Below, in pieces: positions 27,003 to 39,857 of a stretch of 64,000 bases of DNA (the stretch's first letter is position 1; every line of letters starts with the position of its first letter). The DNA comes from Auanema rhodensis. Lineage: Eukaryota > Animalia > Nematoda. The translations under genes and the position numbers were made by a program. The stretch is taken from NCBI GenBank assembly GCA_964057225.1, contig OZ059897.1, forward strand, positions 11,532,001-11,596,000, written 5' to 3'. The notes beneath the pieces were generated by a model. That model had not been told where the DNA came from. It did no database searches and was given only the letters and a program-made list of their open reading frames with translations.

Positions 27003-27410
27003 TTAATGAAGTATATTTTTTTGAAAACTGAAAAAAAAACTCTGCATGTCCTTTAATAACAAAAGCATCTGTAATTCATCGTTCCGTACCTACCCGGAAG
27101 ATGTGGGCACACCACAACAATATGTAGAAATAATACTGTACAAAATGAATAAAGCGTGGAACCCTGGAGTGTCTCCTAGAAATTAACAGCTATATAGCTA
27201 ATATTTTTTCAGGTCATATTTCTCTTAGTATATAGCTCTCTTATTTGAATCTCAAAAGTTGCCATTGAAATTTTTAAAACATTTCCCAGTCTTTTCGAAC
27301 AATAGTTGCTTTAATGAGTTGGATCATATCTACCAGAAGGAGGGCTTTGGTTCTCGTAAGCTAACATAATATGCATTCAGCCCATTCTTTATAATTGTCT
27401 GAATGTTCAT
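27003..27410 (-). CDS. Possible small three-exon hypothetical protein (~68 aa)
   Basis: GT-AG bounded segments join to MNIQTIIKNGLNAYYVSLREPKPSFW|RHSRVPRFIHFVQYYFYILLWCAHIFR|DMQSFFFSFQKNILH*; no homology recognised. Confidence 0.25.
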
Positions 27411-27757
27411 GAAATAAATAAAAACAATACTATGAATATAATAGTATTCTATATATTTTTTAACTATTCTTCGTTTTAAATTACATTTTCTTATAATTAT
27501 AAAATAATGATATGTTACATTACTAATTTATCAAATGCTGAGTTTTATTCAAAAACATTACGACATTTACTAATTTTCGATTCAACATCTTCTGTACTGC
27601 TAATATGCTCTGATTATAAACTGAGCGCGAATTTCTTTGTACGCCGTATTCTATCATAACTGGCCTTGTAAAATTTCAAATCTAGACTATGTATGCAATT
27701 TCAACTGAAAAAATTAATTTTTTAACATAATATTACCCAGCTTATTGAAATTTTTCT

Positions 27758-29405
27758 ATGGGGGTAATACCTGCAAGATGTACTATATGTACATCAAAGT
27801 TTCACTCGGGAAATATATCATGCTTACCCTGTGGTCATACTTTCCATTATGCTTGTGTTGTTCAGTGGATCCAGGTATTATTTCTGTCTAGACTTACATT
27901 ACCATTTGCTCAGCAATCTAAAACATGCCCGCAGTGTCGTTGTACTGTATTGGAACGAAATGTTATCAAGCAAATATATTTTGATGATCCAGAAGATGGT
28001 AATGAAGAGGTCTCAAGCGCTGACGATTATGCTCGCAAGGTCTGGGTACATATATTATTGTTAATTTCATTATTTTAGTGCGAAGCTCTTTCAATTGAAG
28101 TAGAGAAAGAAAAGGGGAAATTTTATGAGCTTCAAGAGAAAAATAAAGTTCTACAAAACAACTATGATAGTATTGCAGACAAGGTTATTCATATTATAGT
28201 TCATGGGAATTATATTTTTCTTTTTATTAGCTCGAACGAGAAAAGAAGAAAACTACGACTAGAATACCACAACTTGAAAGTCGTAACCGGCAACTGGAGT
28301 TAATGTTGCAAGATCATGACCATTTGAAGAATGATTTGAAGGATTATCAGAACCGATTGAAAGCTTGTGAATTGTACGAACTTACATGTTTGCAACTAGA
28401 ATATTTTTTACTACTTTAAGTTATAAATTATTACTGCGAGGCAGTACTGAAGATGCTGAGCGGGCTATAGATAAGTATGTTAACGGAAAGGGTGATCCTG
28501 CTACTGGTCCCTTTTTAACTCTTCTGAAGAAGTAAAATTCTCATAAGTTACTTATGTAATCTTTTTCGCTCAAGACAATTGGAAGAATCAAGGCAGCATG
28601 TTCTGAAACTGAAAAATGATATCAAGAAATACGATAAAGATTTAAGAGACAGTGAAAGCAAGCAGCTACAATTCAAATCACTAATTCAGGCAATTTAGAT
28701 TAGATGTTATGTTTAAAAAAAAGTTTCAGGCATTAAAAAGGGAAGCGGAAGACTTGCGCAGTTCCAATAACAAAACTACTCCTTACAATCCTAAGTTGCA
28801 GAAAGTATTTGAGAAAGCGTATGTTATCGTTGTTATGCTTTCCTATTTCCCATTCTGTTTAGTTCAAATGACAGAAGAGAATCATTTGGATTTGAAACTT
28901 CGATAACTTTCTCAGAAGATATAATTGATTCAGCTTTCAAAAAACCTCCCGTTTTAGGCAAAGTAGGAGTGGACAGCTTCAAATTAAAATCATGAACTAT
29001 TTTGTAGATAAGAACTCAAGTGGCTGATGTAACTGACGAAAACACCTCCATAGAAAAAACTAACAAATTACCATTTCCATGTTTGGATGAATCGCTGTAG
29101 GTGCTAATATTACTCTAGATATATATTCATGTTTTAGGGACGATTCAGTGGATTTTTCACTGCCAAAGAATGTTCTTGATCGAATTTTAGCGGGTTCTTC
29201 GAAGAAGAAAACAAATCCTTTGGGTATTGTACCCAAAGGAGCAATTTTATCATTAGAATCAATAAAAAAGTTAAAACTAATAGTTTACGTTGTTTAACGT
29301 ATTTTTTTCAGTAACATCGATGAAGGACTCGCTCCTAGGCCAATCAAAAAACCTCTCAAGCGAAAAATCGACTCTGATCTTATCACTGTTAAGTTCAAGA
29401 AATGA
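27758..29405 (+). CDS. TRAIP: RING E3 ligase, TRAIP/TRUL-1-like (N-terminal RING + coiled coil)
   Basis: ARCTIC…CGHTFHYACVVQWIQ|QSKTCPQCR…IKQIYFD resembles the TRAIP RING; long coiled coil; TGA 29403-29405. Confidence 0.8.
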
Positions 29406-29539
29406 ATGCTTTATTTTTGTTCAGAATTAGGTCTTGATGTGGTTTATTATTCCAACATTCTATTTTGAATATAATTACTATCTAATACTGTATATTGAAA
29501 GTTTAAATACGTTGTAATTTTTTGTCGCTTGATTTCAGG

Positions 29540-30553
29540 ATGATAGACTGTCATTGCCATTTGGTTGATAATAAATTTAAAACGGATATCGATGAAGTAA
29601 TTAATGAATCTATAAGCAATGGAATAATGAAAGCTGTAGTAGTTCCTGAGTTTGGAAATCAATTTGATAAAGTTCTGGATTTAAAGAAGAGATATCCAAA
29701 TTTCGTAATAGCTGCGATGGGCTACCATCCGATTCAGGTTATTTTATATTTAATATATAAAATTAAGTAATTGTTTTCAATCTGTCATTTGTAGAAAAAT
29801 AAGAAGAGTGTGCAACATAAGGATTTGATAAATATGGAGAGTTTTTTAAGTAGTCATCAAGATTTAATCCAATGTATTGGAGAAGTGAATTTTTCTTTTA
29901 TAACTTCTAATTATTTTATAATTTTTCATGTTGGCCTAGATTATACCGTGTCTCAGTTCAAAATTTCCGATAACGATAAAGTGATTCAAAAAGAAGTTTT
30001 CTCGAAACAGATCATGTTAGCCAAGCAATTCAACTTACCATTGTAAACTTTTATTTGGAGCTTACATGACCAATATTCTTTTTAGGAATGTCCATTCTAG
30101 ATCTGCTGCATCGGAGACTGTAGAGTTTCTGGCAGCTCAGCAAGCTGAGAATGTTGTTATGCATGCTTTCGGTGGAGAAGCGAATGATATTCTAAAAGGT
30201 TTGGCGTTAGGCTACTTTTTCAGTATCCCACCGTCATACGCCTTCAGTGACTACGTTAGCGAAGAGTTTTATAGCTGACGTCTTTTTTCCTTTTTCAGGG
30301 AATTCGAATTGTAGAAATTGTGCCATTGGAACAATTACTTCTGGAAACGGATTCGCCTGTTCTCGGGCCTACGAAGGGTGTTCGTAATACACCCTCAAAT
30401 TGTGTAATTTCAGCAGAATTCATAGCAAAGGCAAGAAAATAGTTTCAAAATTTATCTTAAATCCAATTATAGGTAAAGCATGAATCTATATCAAATGTGA
30501 TTGAAATAACTTCTTCCAATGCTGCAAAGTTATTTCAAATTTCAAATATATAA
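29540..30553 (+). CDS. TATDN3: TatD-family DNase (TATDN3-like)
   Basis: MIDCHCHL, GYHP, IGE…VGLDY, LNVHSRSA, VVMHAF, LLLETDSP; TAA 30551-30553; needs one GC donor and one non-AG acceptor or a retained intron. Confidence 0.88.
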
Positions 30554-30613
30554 TTAATTTATAAATTATGTTCTTACAAATATACCATGAATGAACTAGT
30601 AATTTCGAAAAAA

Positions 30614-31473
30614 CTAATTCAACATTGTGTGATCTTCGAATATATTTCTACGTTGTACTTCCACCTTTTTCATCCAGCGATTTTGTTCAGCTTCAACTCG
30701 ATCGAGAACATCTGAACAAACACACATGAATGAGTGTCAATTTTCATTAAACGCTTAATAATTACGTACTTGGAACGGAATTCCTTGATCTGGTCGTTCC
30801 AACTTGAGGAGAATCCGGAGAAATACTGTCCGAGTTAGTCGCAGAAGCACGTGCGAATATGTTATCCTCCATCTACAAAATATATATTAAGAAAAGAATG
30901 ACAATATCTCCCAAACATCATCAGTTTGATGCCTATAAGGTGTCTGCAAACGTTTTCTTTTGATTACAGGCTCTACGCAGGTTAGGTATGTCATATATGT
31001 TACAAGAACAAAAATAACAGCAATTATAAAAAGTACTACTACCTTAAAATATAATTATTGCTTTCAACAATAAGATTTACTTGCCTTAAGCATAACAGAG
31101 TTACGCGATTCATATTTACAATCACAATTTGCTAAAAAGGCATCAACATGACTACTATCAACAGCATCAAGCACCTCCGGCTTTACTACTGTTTGTGGAT
31201 GACTGAAAAACAGCAAAGGAGCATTATTTAAATATTATGATTATATTACCAAACAGCTGGATTAATATCTGTTTTTGTGTAAAACCGTCGCCGATTATCT
31301 GCATTTGTAGCATTGTCTTTAACAAAATATGCAGTACTAGGACATATACAACGACAACGTGAATCTTTAAAATTAGTCTGAAACATACTTTAGTTGTGAC
31401 TTCTACTTTTCTAACGTACCTCTGATTGGATTAATACGACAAAAAGGCAAAAAATGAAAATACGGAAAATCAT
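30614..31473 (-). CDS. TMEM9: TMEM9-family membrane protein
   Basis: Signal peptide; FKDSRCRCICP; CDCKYESRNSVMLK + TM; VLDRVEAEQNRWMKKVEVQRRNIFEDHTMLN*. Confidence 0.9.
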
Positions 31474-31721
31474 CAATAGTTCACCTTTATAAATAAGCTA
31501 ATGTATTCTGTAAACAAAAAGTATAATTAGTAAAGTTTTAAATGCTCGTAACACTCGCAACATTTGTTCATCACGTTAGATGTAAGAGAACTTGGCCAGT
31601 ACCCGTAAATGCACTACATAAACATTTTTTATCCGACGTCTATTTAACAAATAACAACAACACTTCAATAACTATAAAGTACAATCTAAAATGTAATAAC
31701 AATAGTCTTGCAAAATTTAAA

Positions 31722-32832
31722 TTACACTTTTCTAAACTTATTAACATATTCTAATTTCATATTTTTAATCTTCTCTAAATCTTCCTCGGATGGATATCCA
31801 GCTTTCTGAAACAACATTCTCGTAAAATCTGCACTCGTAAAAAAAATAATACTTTATCAATGAAATCATCCTTATCGAGACCATACAATTCTTCAATTGT
31901 CATCAAACGAGACCAATGAGGATACAACTTTCTACCAGTTGGAGCTAGCTCTTCGTTCCATTCTTTCTTAGCTCTAAACACATAACCGTTATACAAAACA
32001 TACAACTAACGTACTCTGCTAATGTTGATTCCACGTATTTTTCTGAATTGAAGTCCGTAAGTTCAGCTAAATGCTTCTTCATTCTACGTATAAATTCACG
32101 CTCCGCCTACATATGTATATAAGAAAAGGTATTGAAAGCAAGTTAACCTTCATCTTTTTTTCACGATGATATTTCTGGTATTTAAAATAGTCCCGATCAT
32201 AACGCTTTCGCCTTGATAACACGTTAAATACAAGATGAAAAATATAACGCACCTTTTATGCTTCTTCATCTTCTTCCTTCTGATTGTTAAGAGACGTGGA
32301 GCTAATTGAATAGCTACTGATGTCAGAGCGGAAGGGCATTTAACACTTTCCTGTAAATAGATACAAAGGTTCATGAAATCTTGGAAAATAAGATTACATT
32401 TGTAAGCGGATCAACCTTCTCCTCCAGATTGTTCACATAAGGTGGTGCAGTAATTCCATATTTATTTGCTGTTGGAAAACTATAGACCTTAAATAGTAGC
32501 ATGTATATAGAATAAGAAGAGAGAAAACCTGTCTAGCATTTTCAAAAGCGGGTAAACTTGTATCCTTGATATTGTTGTGAAGATCAGGATGGATATCTGA
32601 AAATCAGATAAAATCATTTTATGAAAATAAAATAAAACAATCACCATAAACACTAGGAATAGGTAGGCTATTATTTAAAGGAGAGAACTGAATTGAATCA
32701 TTGCGTAGTGAAGAAACTATAATAACAATTACATACGGTTTATATAAGCATAAATATCCAACTCTTACTTGTTTTTGTTGAATTTCTAACAATACAAGAA
32801 TTCTTTAAAAAAAGGTTTACAACCCGCTGCAT
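31722..32832 (-). CDS. AURKAIP1: Mitoribosomal protein mS38 (AURKAIP1/COX24 domain)
   Basis: LLTIRRKKMKKHKRRKRYDRDYFKY basic motif; mitochondrial-type N-terminus; TAA 31722-31724. Confidence 0.8.
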
Positions 32833-33464
32833 CTAAATTGAAAAAGTTATAATTTGAAATAATAGTTTTAAAATAATATAAGTGTACTTAAAACTTCAAC
32901 AAAAACACTTTATGTTATGTAAATCATTTTCTGTTGTACGCAGTACGCAATGTTACAAATATAACAACGAACCAGCTGGGTTAAATATTCGAGGTTATAT
33001 CAGTATAATCACTTTTTTTTTTGAAATTTTAATGGCTTAAGTTCATGTCATTGAAGCTAACAAAATTATCATATTCTTAATAACGTAATTTATAAATATT
33101 ATGGCTAAACTTTTATTTTAATTAATACCTTTGACTAATTTCATAGAGTACATATCGCTACACTAACGAAAACTTTGAAAATTTGAATTATTAGAATTAA
33201 CTTGAAGATGAAATTACAATGTATTTGGATAATTGTTCATCGTTTTTAAATAAATCTTTGAATTTTTTACTAAATTGAATATCTATAATCTGAAATACTG
33301 GTTATTCATGACTAAATATTTATCGTGTATCTAAAGTTTAAAAATTTGAACTTTTCTAATTTTAAGAAATTGAAGATACATTTTTTCATTTCCAATACTT
33401 TGAATCATTTTCGAGGTCTATAAAAATTAAACTTCAGCATGAGCATTCATTTCAGATTGCGGTA
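32833..33464. promoter_or_regulatory. Divergent promoter region shared by the mS38/TMEM9 and PLGRKT gene pairs
   Basis: Head-to-head arrangement; tandem TACGCA at 32937-32949. Confidence 0.55.
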
Positions 33465-34076
33465 ATGGGTAATTTTATACCTAGTGCAAGTGGTCCATCT
33501 ATTGATGCCTATCAAGTTCTAACTGAACTTGAAAAGAAACGAGTTTGTTAATATGGTTATTTTTTTCATTTCTCTCTGCATTAAGATAGAGAGAGAGTTA
33601 GCTATAGTTGAGCTATTGAACCAGAGAAGAAGAGCTTTCGAGGTAATATTATAAAATTTAGTCAATAATAATTTGGCTCAGTTGGCGTCTGAGAAAGAAA
33701 AACTTAATTGGTCTAGTTCTGGTGGTCTACTAACATCGGTTTTATCAATTCTCTCGTCATATCATCATAAGTAAATTATTGTTAAAATTAAAGTTCAGAG
33801 CAATATAAGTATTTCAGAAATCTGTTGCACCTATTGCCTATTATTCCTATTGCTACATATTTGGGATATAAAGCACATTTTTGTTATGGTAATAAATCCC
33901 AATTAATTCAAGGTAATTTTTTGTTGATTATTTGATAATTTCTTAAATTTGTTAAAGATGCTGCTGACACAATGATGAAATATGATAACGATGTCTTTTC
34001 TGCATCCCCTTTAACAGTAGCTGATGTAAAATCAAAAATAAAGGAACTTAGATTACTGAAAGAATCTGACATATAA
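33465..34076 (+). CDS. Plasminogen receptor (KT)/DUF2368-like protein, copy A
   Basis: MGNF…RIERELAIVELLNQRRRAFELASEKEKLNW + two TM segments + HFCYGNKSQLIQDAADTMM; five exons. Confidence 0.7.
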
Positions 34077-34200
34077 TATATTTTTTTCAATTTTTGCCAT
34101 ATAGTTAAATATAGATTTTTAAATATGTTATCCAATTCTAATTATGTTTAACACTTCTAAATACCTGGGAAGGATTTGATAATGTTTCATAGATACATAG

Positions 34201-34784
34201 ATGGGCCAGAGAGAATCACAACCAGCTGTTAATCTAGACAAAGCTGTTTCTTTTCTCGATGAGCAGGTAGTTTGATTAATTATTGTCTATTTGTTGTTTA
34301 TTATCTGCATCACAGATTGAGGCTAGAATTGCTCATGAAAATTTAGTTTTCATTCAAAAACGGGCACTAGAGGTCATAATATTTACCTTTTCTTCAATGT
34401 TTTAAAATTATAGTTAACCATAAGAAGAGAAAGATTATTATGGGAAGTTTTAGCAGCCGGAACAATGACCGCTTTATTACTTGTTGCGGGCTCAATATAT
34501 AAGCGAAAGGTTCTTATAAAAAAAGACTACACTTTCAAAAACATTCTTTTAGGATCTGGTAGTTCCTATAGCTGGTTTAATTATGGGTGCCGGGTATCGT
34601 TATGACACAGTTTATGGAAGTCATTATGACAACGTCAGAGGTAGAATTTGAAACGCGTTCTTCAAAATATTCTTAATATTAAGATTCGGCCGATGAAATA
34701 TTGAAAAATGATGCAAAGAAGATCAGCTTAGTTGGAGGACCACTGTCTTTAGCTGAAGTTGATAAATTTTGGCAACGTCCTTAG
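34201..34784 (+). CDS. Plasminogen receptor (KT)/DUF2368-like protein, copy B
   Basis: MGQRES…QKRALELTIRRERLLW + two TM segments + YRYDTVYGSHYDNVRDSADEIL; five exons at positions matching copy A. Confidence 0.7.
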
Positions 34785-34928
34785 CTTGTAAATGGTATGT
34801 GATAGCTGTGGATTATTGTATTCATAATCTGAATAGAAACATGTAATAGATATATTATTTAATTTACACACGTCGTTCGCATATTGAATTTCTATTAAAT
34901 ACAAGTACTCTGTTTGATAATTAATATT

Positions 34929-36972
34929 TTAATAATTGTATCCTGTGTTATTTTGTGGTGGGCTGATTGTCCTGTGGAAAGATTCAGTTGTCGTAGTCAC
35001 CTGAAATATCGAAGAAACATTTTGCAATAATTTTTTGTTACGAACCTCGTACTGCTTGTCATGATTACGACGATGGCGAGGAACTGTTCCAGCTTGTGGG
35101 ACATCTTCCTCATACACCCTGCAACAAAATGGTTTGTGTCTAGTACTATTTCGGTTAAACTAACACATAATCTTCGCGAACCGAAGGTGCCTGTACCCTT
35201 GGTAAACGGAACCAACTGAAGAATGGGGGTTCCCGATCCTCAACTGCTACTGGTGGCCGCTCCACCACAATATGATATACCTCTTGGAAGCAGAGAACAC
35301 AATAGCACTATAATAAATTGAAATAAAAACTAAAAACTACAGAAGCTAAATTACCAAGAACCAAGCAATCAATGCACCTATTATCCAGCCAACCCAAATA
35401 TCTCTCCAATGATTTTTGTAACCATTAATTCTAGAGAAAGAGTCAACAATGGTTAACCCAAGAAATCCAAATATCAGGAACGGTCTCAGCAGGGGAGCTC
35501 CGCGCAAATTGATCATATAGTAAATGTATAACTAAGCTTTTTTGTTATTTGATAAACTAAAATTGATTTGACTTACTGAGCTAAAAATAGCGGAATAACT
35601 TGAAAATGTTGCGTGAAGAGATGGGAAAGTGAGCCAAGCATACCTAAGCTCATCTGCACCTCGGAAATTACAAGCCAAATGTGGAGAAGGTGAAGGGGAG
35701 TGTTCAAGTGGGGCAGTACACGAGCTAGATAAAGTCTCTTTTGATAAAAGACATATATAATGAAATACCTGATCGACACATTACACAGTGAGAGAAAATA
35801 TGGTCTCTGATATCCTGTCATCAGTTTAATGGTGTCCGTGAAGATTTGAGCCACTAATGCTCCGCAAAGGAAAACAGCTGAAAATATCGGATATACAGAG
35901 ATCAACAGTATATTACCAACCAACGAAACGCATCAATCTTCTAGTGAATAAATGAACTTTACATTCTCCACATGAAGCATAAACTGTTTTTCTTGGTTTT
36001 GTACTGAACAACCAAAACATTGTTTCTCCGATTACCATCTGAAACATATATAAATTAGACTTTCCTATTGGGTTATTTGGTTTTTCATAACATTAATAAG
36101 CTTTCATATTATAAGTTGCTTTTTGAAAACAGTGAAAAGCGTTAAGTTTGCACAAGGATAAAACACTGACTCAATCTGATGCGATTAGGTGCGACCGAGG
36201 TTTCCCTACAAGAAAATAAAACGGAAAATATTTTTTCCCCGTTTTTTTTTATTTCTATTCGCTTGAGGAATTTGAAGTATTGAAAAGCTAGTTTCCTTGT
36301 TTAATATAATTTTACAATTACTCATTCCTCAATAAAGAACAGATTAGGCGTTTAAACAATTGTTGGCTCTCTATTGGCAGAAAAAGATTTGTTGAACCCC
36401 ACCGATGTCGTGACGACTCTCAGAAGAAAGAGCAGATAAGCAAACATTCTATGACCAACAAGAGATAAGAAATATTAAATGCATTCAGCTCTCTAGCAAT
36501 ATCGGTTAATATATTGGAATGTTACTAAACTATATGAAAAAAACCTTACCACAACAACAGGTAGAACAAATGCGAGAGTATAAAGCAATGGATACGAAAC
36601 GTATACATTAAAATCTTCTGGTTGGAAGTTAGGTTTGTATAGATGAATATCACGACAATAAAAAACACGTTGATGGTAAGGAAACACTGTAGTGAATCTG
36701 AAATGTAAGTTTTTATAAAATATTTTACAGTATATAAGGTATTTATTGGTTAATATCTCACCTTAAATAATACCATAAAGCCCATAAACATGCTAAGCCT
36801 ACAATATGAAGAATAAAAATAGGCAGATTAAAGTAGTTAATATTTTTGCGAGGTCTTACAGGTTGAACTCCGCCATATTGGCTGGCAGAAAACACCTTAA
36901 AATGAAGAAGCTAAAACTTAATGAATATAAATAACTTACCTCGGAATGTGCGCGCGACGGCGGCACAGACAT
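34929..36972 (-). CDS. plpr-1: Phospholipid phosphatase-related (PAP2 family) protein
   Basis: MSVPPSRAHSE…FPYHQRVFYCRDIHLY; IKLMTGYQRPYFLSLCN; TFPSLHA; SRINGYKNHWRDI; VTTTTESFHRTISPP. Confidence 0.88.
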
Positions 36973-37706
36973 GTGTCTAATCTGCTCAGATTGATTTACG
37001 AATAGAGTTGGGGAGCTAGTTATTCTTACTTGAAACAATGGCTATTAGACCAAAATAACCAAATGTGCAACGCCTATCCTAGCTTGTCGTTCTCTTATGT
37101 TATTCTTCAGGGGAGCGCAGAAGATCGGGACTAGTCAGATGGGCGTTACCGTTCTCATAAGCAGGAAAGGAAGAATTGTTAAGAGTGAAGACGGAGAAAT
37201 AGTCAAAATAAAGATTCTTATAGCCGCTCAATGAGGGAGCACAGTTAGTGAATGACAAGAGACGATAAAGCCGGAAAACGAGACACAGAGATCTTTGTAT
37301 GTATAAGAAGTCGAAGAGAAAACAGAGGAAAGCGAACAATATGGCCGCTGTACAGTCCACCCCCGGCTGGACAAACATTCTGTCCGGTCATCGCAATGAT
37401 TAGACCGCAATGACTGGATACCGTCGGCAAGCCCTCAGTCACCAGCTCTGTTCAGATCGTTATGTTACTTAAAAAACTCATTTCATAATAAAACTGTTTC
37501 CTTTCACCACAAACTATTTATGTCTTTATGCGAACAAGGATCATAATGGAAAACAACAGTTGCAACAGACCACATAAAGATAAAATGAAACATGCGAAAG
37601 CTGTAAACAAAAAATTGCAAAAAGCTTGAAAACAATGAAGATCGGCGGCTAGAAGGCAAAGACAAAAGTAGCCAATGCCAGCAGTAGTAATAGGCGTTCG
37701 AGATAA

Positions 37707-39857
37707 TTAACAAGGTCTGTGATCGGCAGGGCGTTGACGAGGAGCACATTTTATTATATCATCAACTCTCAAGATCTGTTCAGCAGCTTCGGAAGCAGCG
37801 GAGACCATACATAACTTAACGTTGAAAGATTCTATGATTCCCAACTTAACAACATCTGTCACAACACCATGTTCGATATCTGAAAGAAAGTAATTAAGAA
37901 ACTATATTGTATACAGAATCAAACCGATTCCAAACATATGGTGTCCATTAGCGTGTTCAGCTCTGAGTTGAGTAACCAACTCAGCACTGTCCAAACCAGC
38001 ATTATCACAAATAGTTGTTGGCAATTGAAGCAAGGCTCTTCCGAAAGCTTCGACTGCTAAAGCTTCCTTACCAGCAACCTTCAATTCAAAAATTCTATGT
38101 ATATTAACCAGTTCTAATAATATAATACCTTTTGCGCCTCAACCATGATAGCACTGCTCATAAGTACTTCAGAAGCACCAGCTCCGGCAACAGTCTTGGA
38201 CTCCTTTACATGAGTCACCAAAACACAAAGAGCGTCATGAAGAGAACGCTCGGCTTCTTCCAATATTTGTTGGGTTGCACCACGAAGAACTATGGAACAA
38301 GCCTCTCCTTAAAACGATAATAAACAGTTAATACTTCTTTTTCGGAAAAATACCAAGTGGAACACCACTGAAACGAAGCAACTTGTCCTCTCCGATCATA
38401 ACTTCTTCAATCAAATCACATGATCCGAATTTGACATTTTCAGGAGTATCAAAAGTAGATACAATTTCACCTCCTAATAAGTAGAATAAATAATAAATAC
38501 AAATAAATTTAAAAAACCTAAGACAAGGGCAAGACGCTCAATTCCTTCGAAATCAGCATGTTCAATAGCCATTACACTGGCATCAGCAAAAAGTTGTTCA
38601 GGATAATTATAGATAAGTTGACGATTGATGAAAACATTAGCTTTATGAGAGAGGATCTTATCAACCTGAATTCGGAATATGTATAATATACGGAATATAT
38701 ATAATTAAAAAACGCTTACCTTCTCCTTCATCTTAATTTTTTCTGCAGCCTCTAATTCAGCTACTTTAGCAACAGAATCTACTCTGACACGGGAACCAAA
38801 AACTTTAACCTACAAGTTAACTGTTGAAATTGTTTAATACTTTTTATTACCTTGTCAGTATCCATAGGAGTATTGGCAATTAAAATTTTGGCATTTTCTA
38901 CCCTTCTTGGTTGGTACATTCCAGGTAACTTTTCCAAAAGGAATCCTAAAAAAATGGTATCAATAAGAATTTGAAAGTTTAAAAAATACCTTCATCCAGG
39001 TAAGATTCGCTCATAGCACCTCCCAACTTTTTAATGATTTGAATTGCGTCCAAGTTTCCAGATCCCTAAACAAACAGTTAAAATTGAAACATAGTATGAA
39101 ACATACCTTCAATCTGAGAACTGCATCTACAGCTAGTTCGGCGAAATGATTCTTGTGCTGGCTGAGAATTTTGGAGCCTAGAGTAGTCTTGGCAATCTTT
39201 AATAAATCCTCCCTCAAGTTACTTCTGTAAATTATAGTGGTAAAACAACGTAGCAAGAGCATTCACTTACCCGGAAGCATTACTGGAAGCTCTCAAGGAA
39301 TCCTGAGCAATCTTCAAGGCTTTTCTGAATCCAGAAATGATAGTTTGAGGATGAATTCTCTGATTGACTAATTTTTCAGCCTAGGAGTGAGATGATATCT
39401 TAAGCACAAAAAACTTCAAATACCTCTTTCAACAATTCAGCAGCTAGAACAGTTACAGATGTAGTGCCATCACCAACCTCGCTATCCTGGGTCATAGACA
39501 TATCTAAGAATTATAGTATCAGATTTTTTAAAAATAAATAAACATGTTTAGAATAAAAATAACATACCGACAAGAACTTTAGCAGCTGGATTATCAACTC
39601 CAATAGACTTAAGAATTGTAGCTCCATCATTGGTAACTTTAATACCCATACCATCTAGACCACTGACCAGAATCTTATCCTACATGTTGTATCAATAAAT
39701 ATAATATCAGATATTAAGAATGTTTTACCATTCCCTTAGGACCCAAGGTTGATTTTACCAGATCTCCAATGGCAATAGCTCCTACGAAAGAAGAGAGACG
39801 GGCAGTGTCTCCTCTTTCTTCTTGAGCTTGTTCCTTTAAAATCTGCACAGGCAGCAT
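37707..39857 (-). CDS. cct-2: T-complex protein 1 subunit beta (CCT2)
   Basis: [60 protein letters not shown]. Confidence 0.97.

Noticed and set aside
37100-37749. Overlapping short ORFs between cct-2 and plpr-1
   Set aside because: No recognisable homology or consistent splice model; more likely UTR or regulatory sequence
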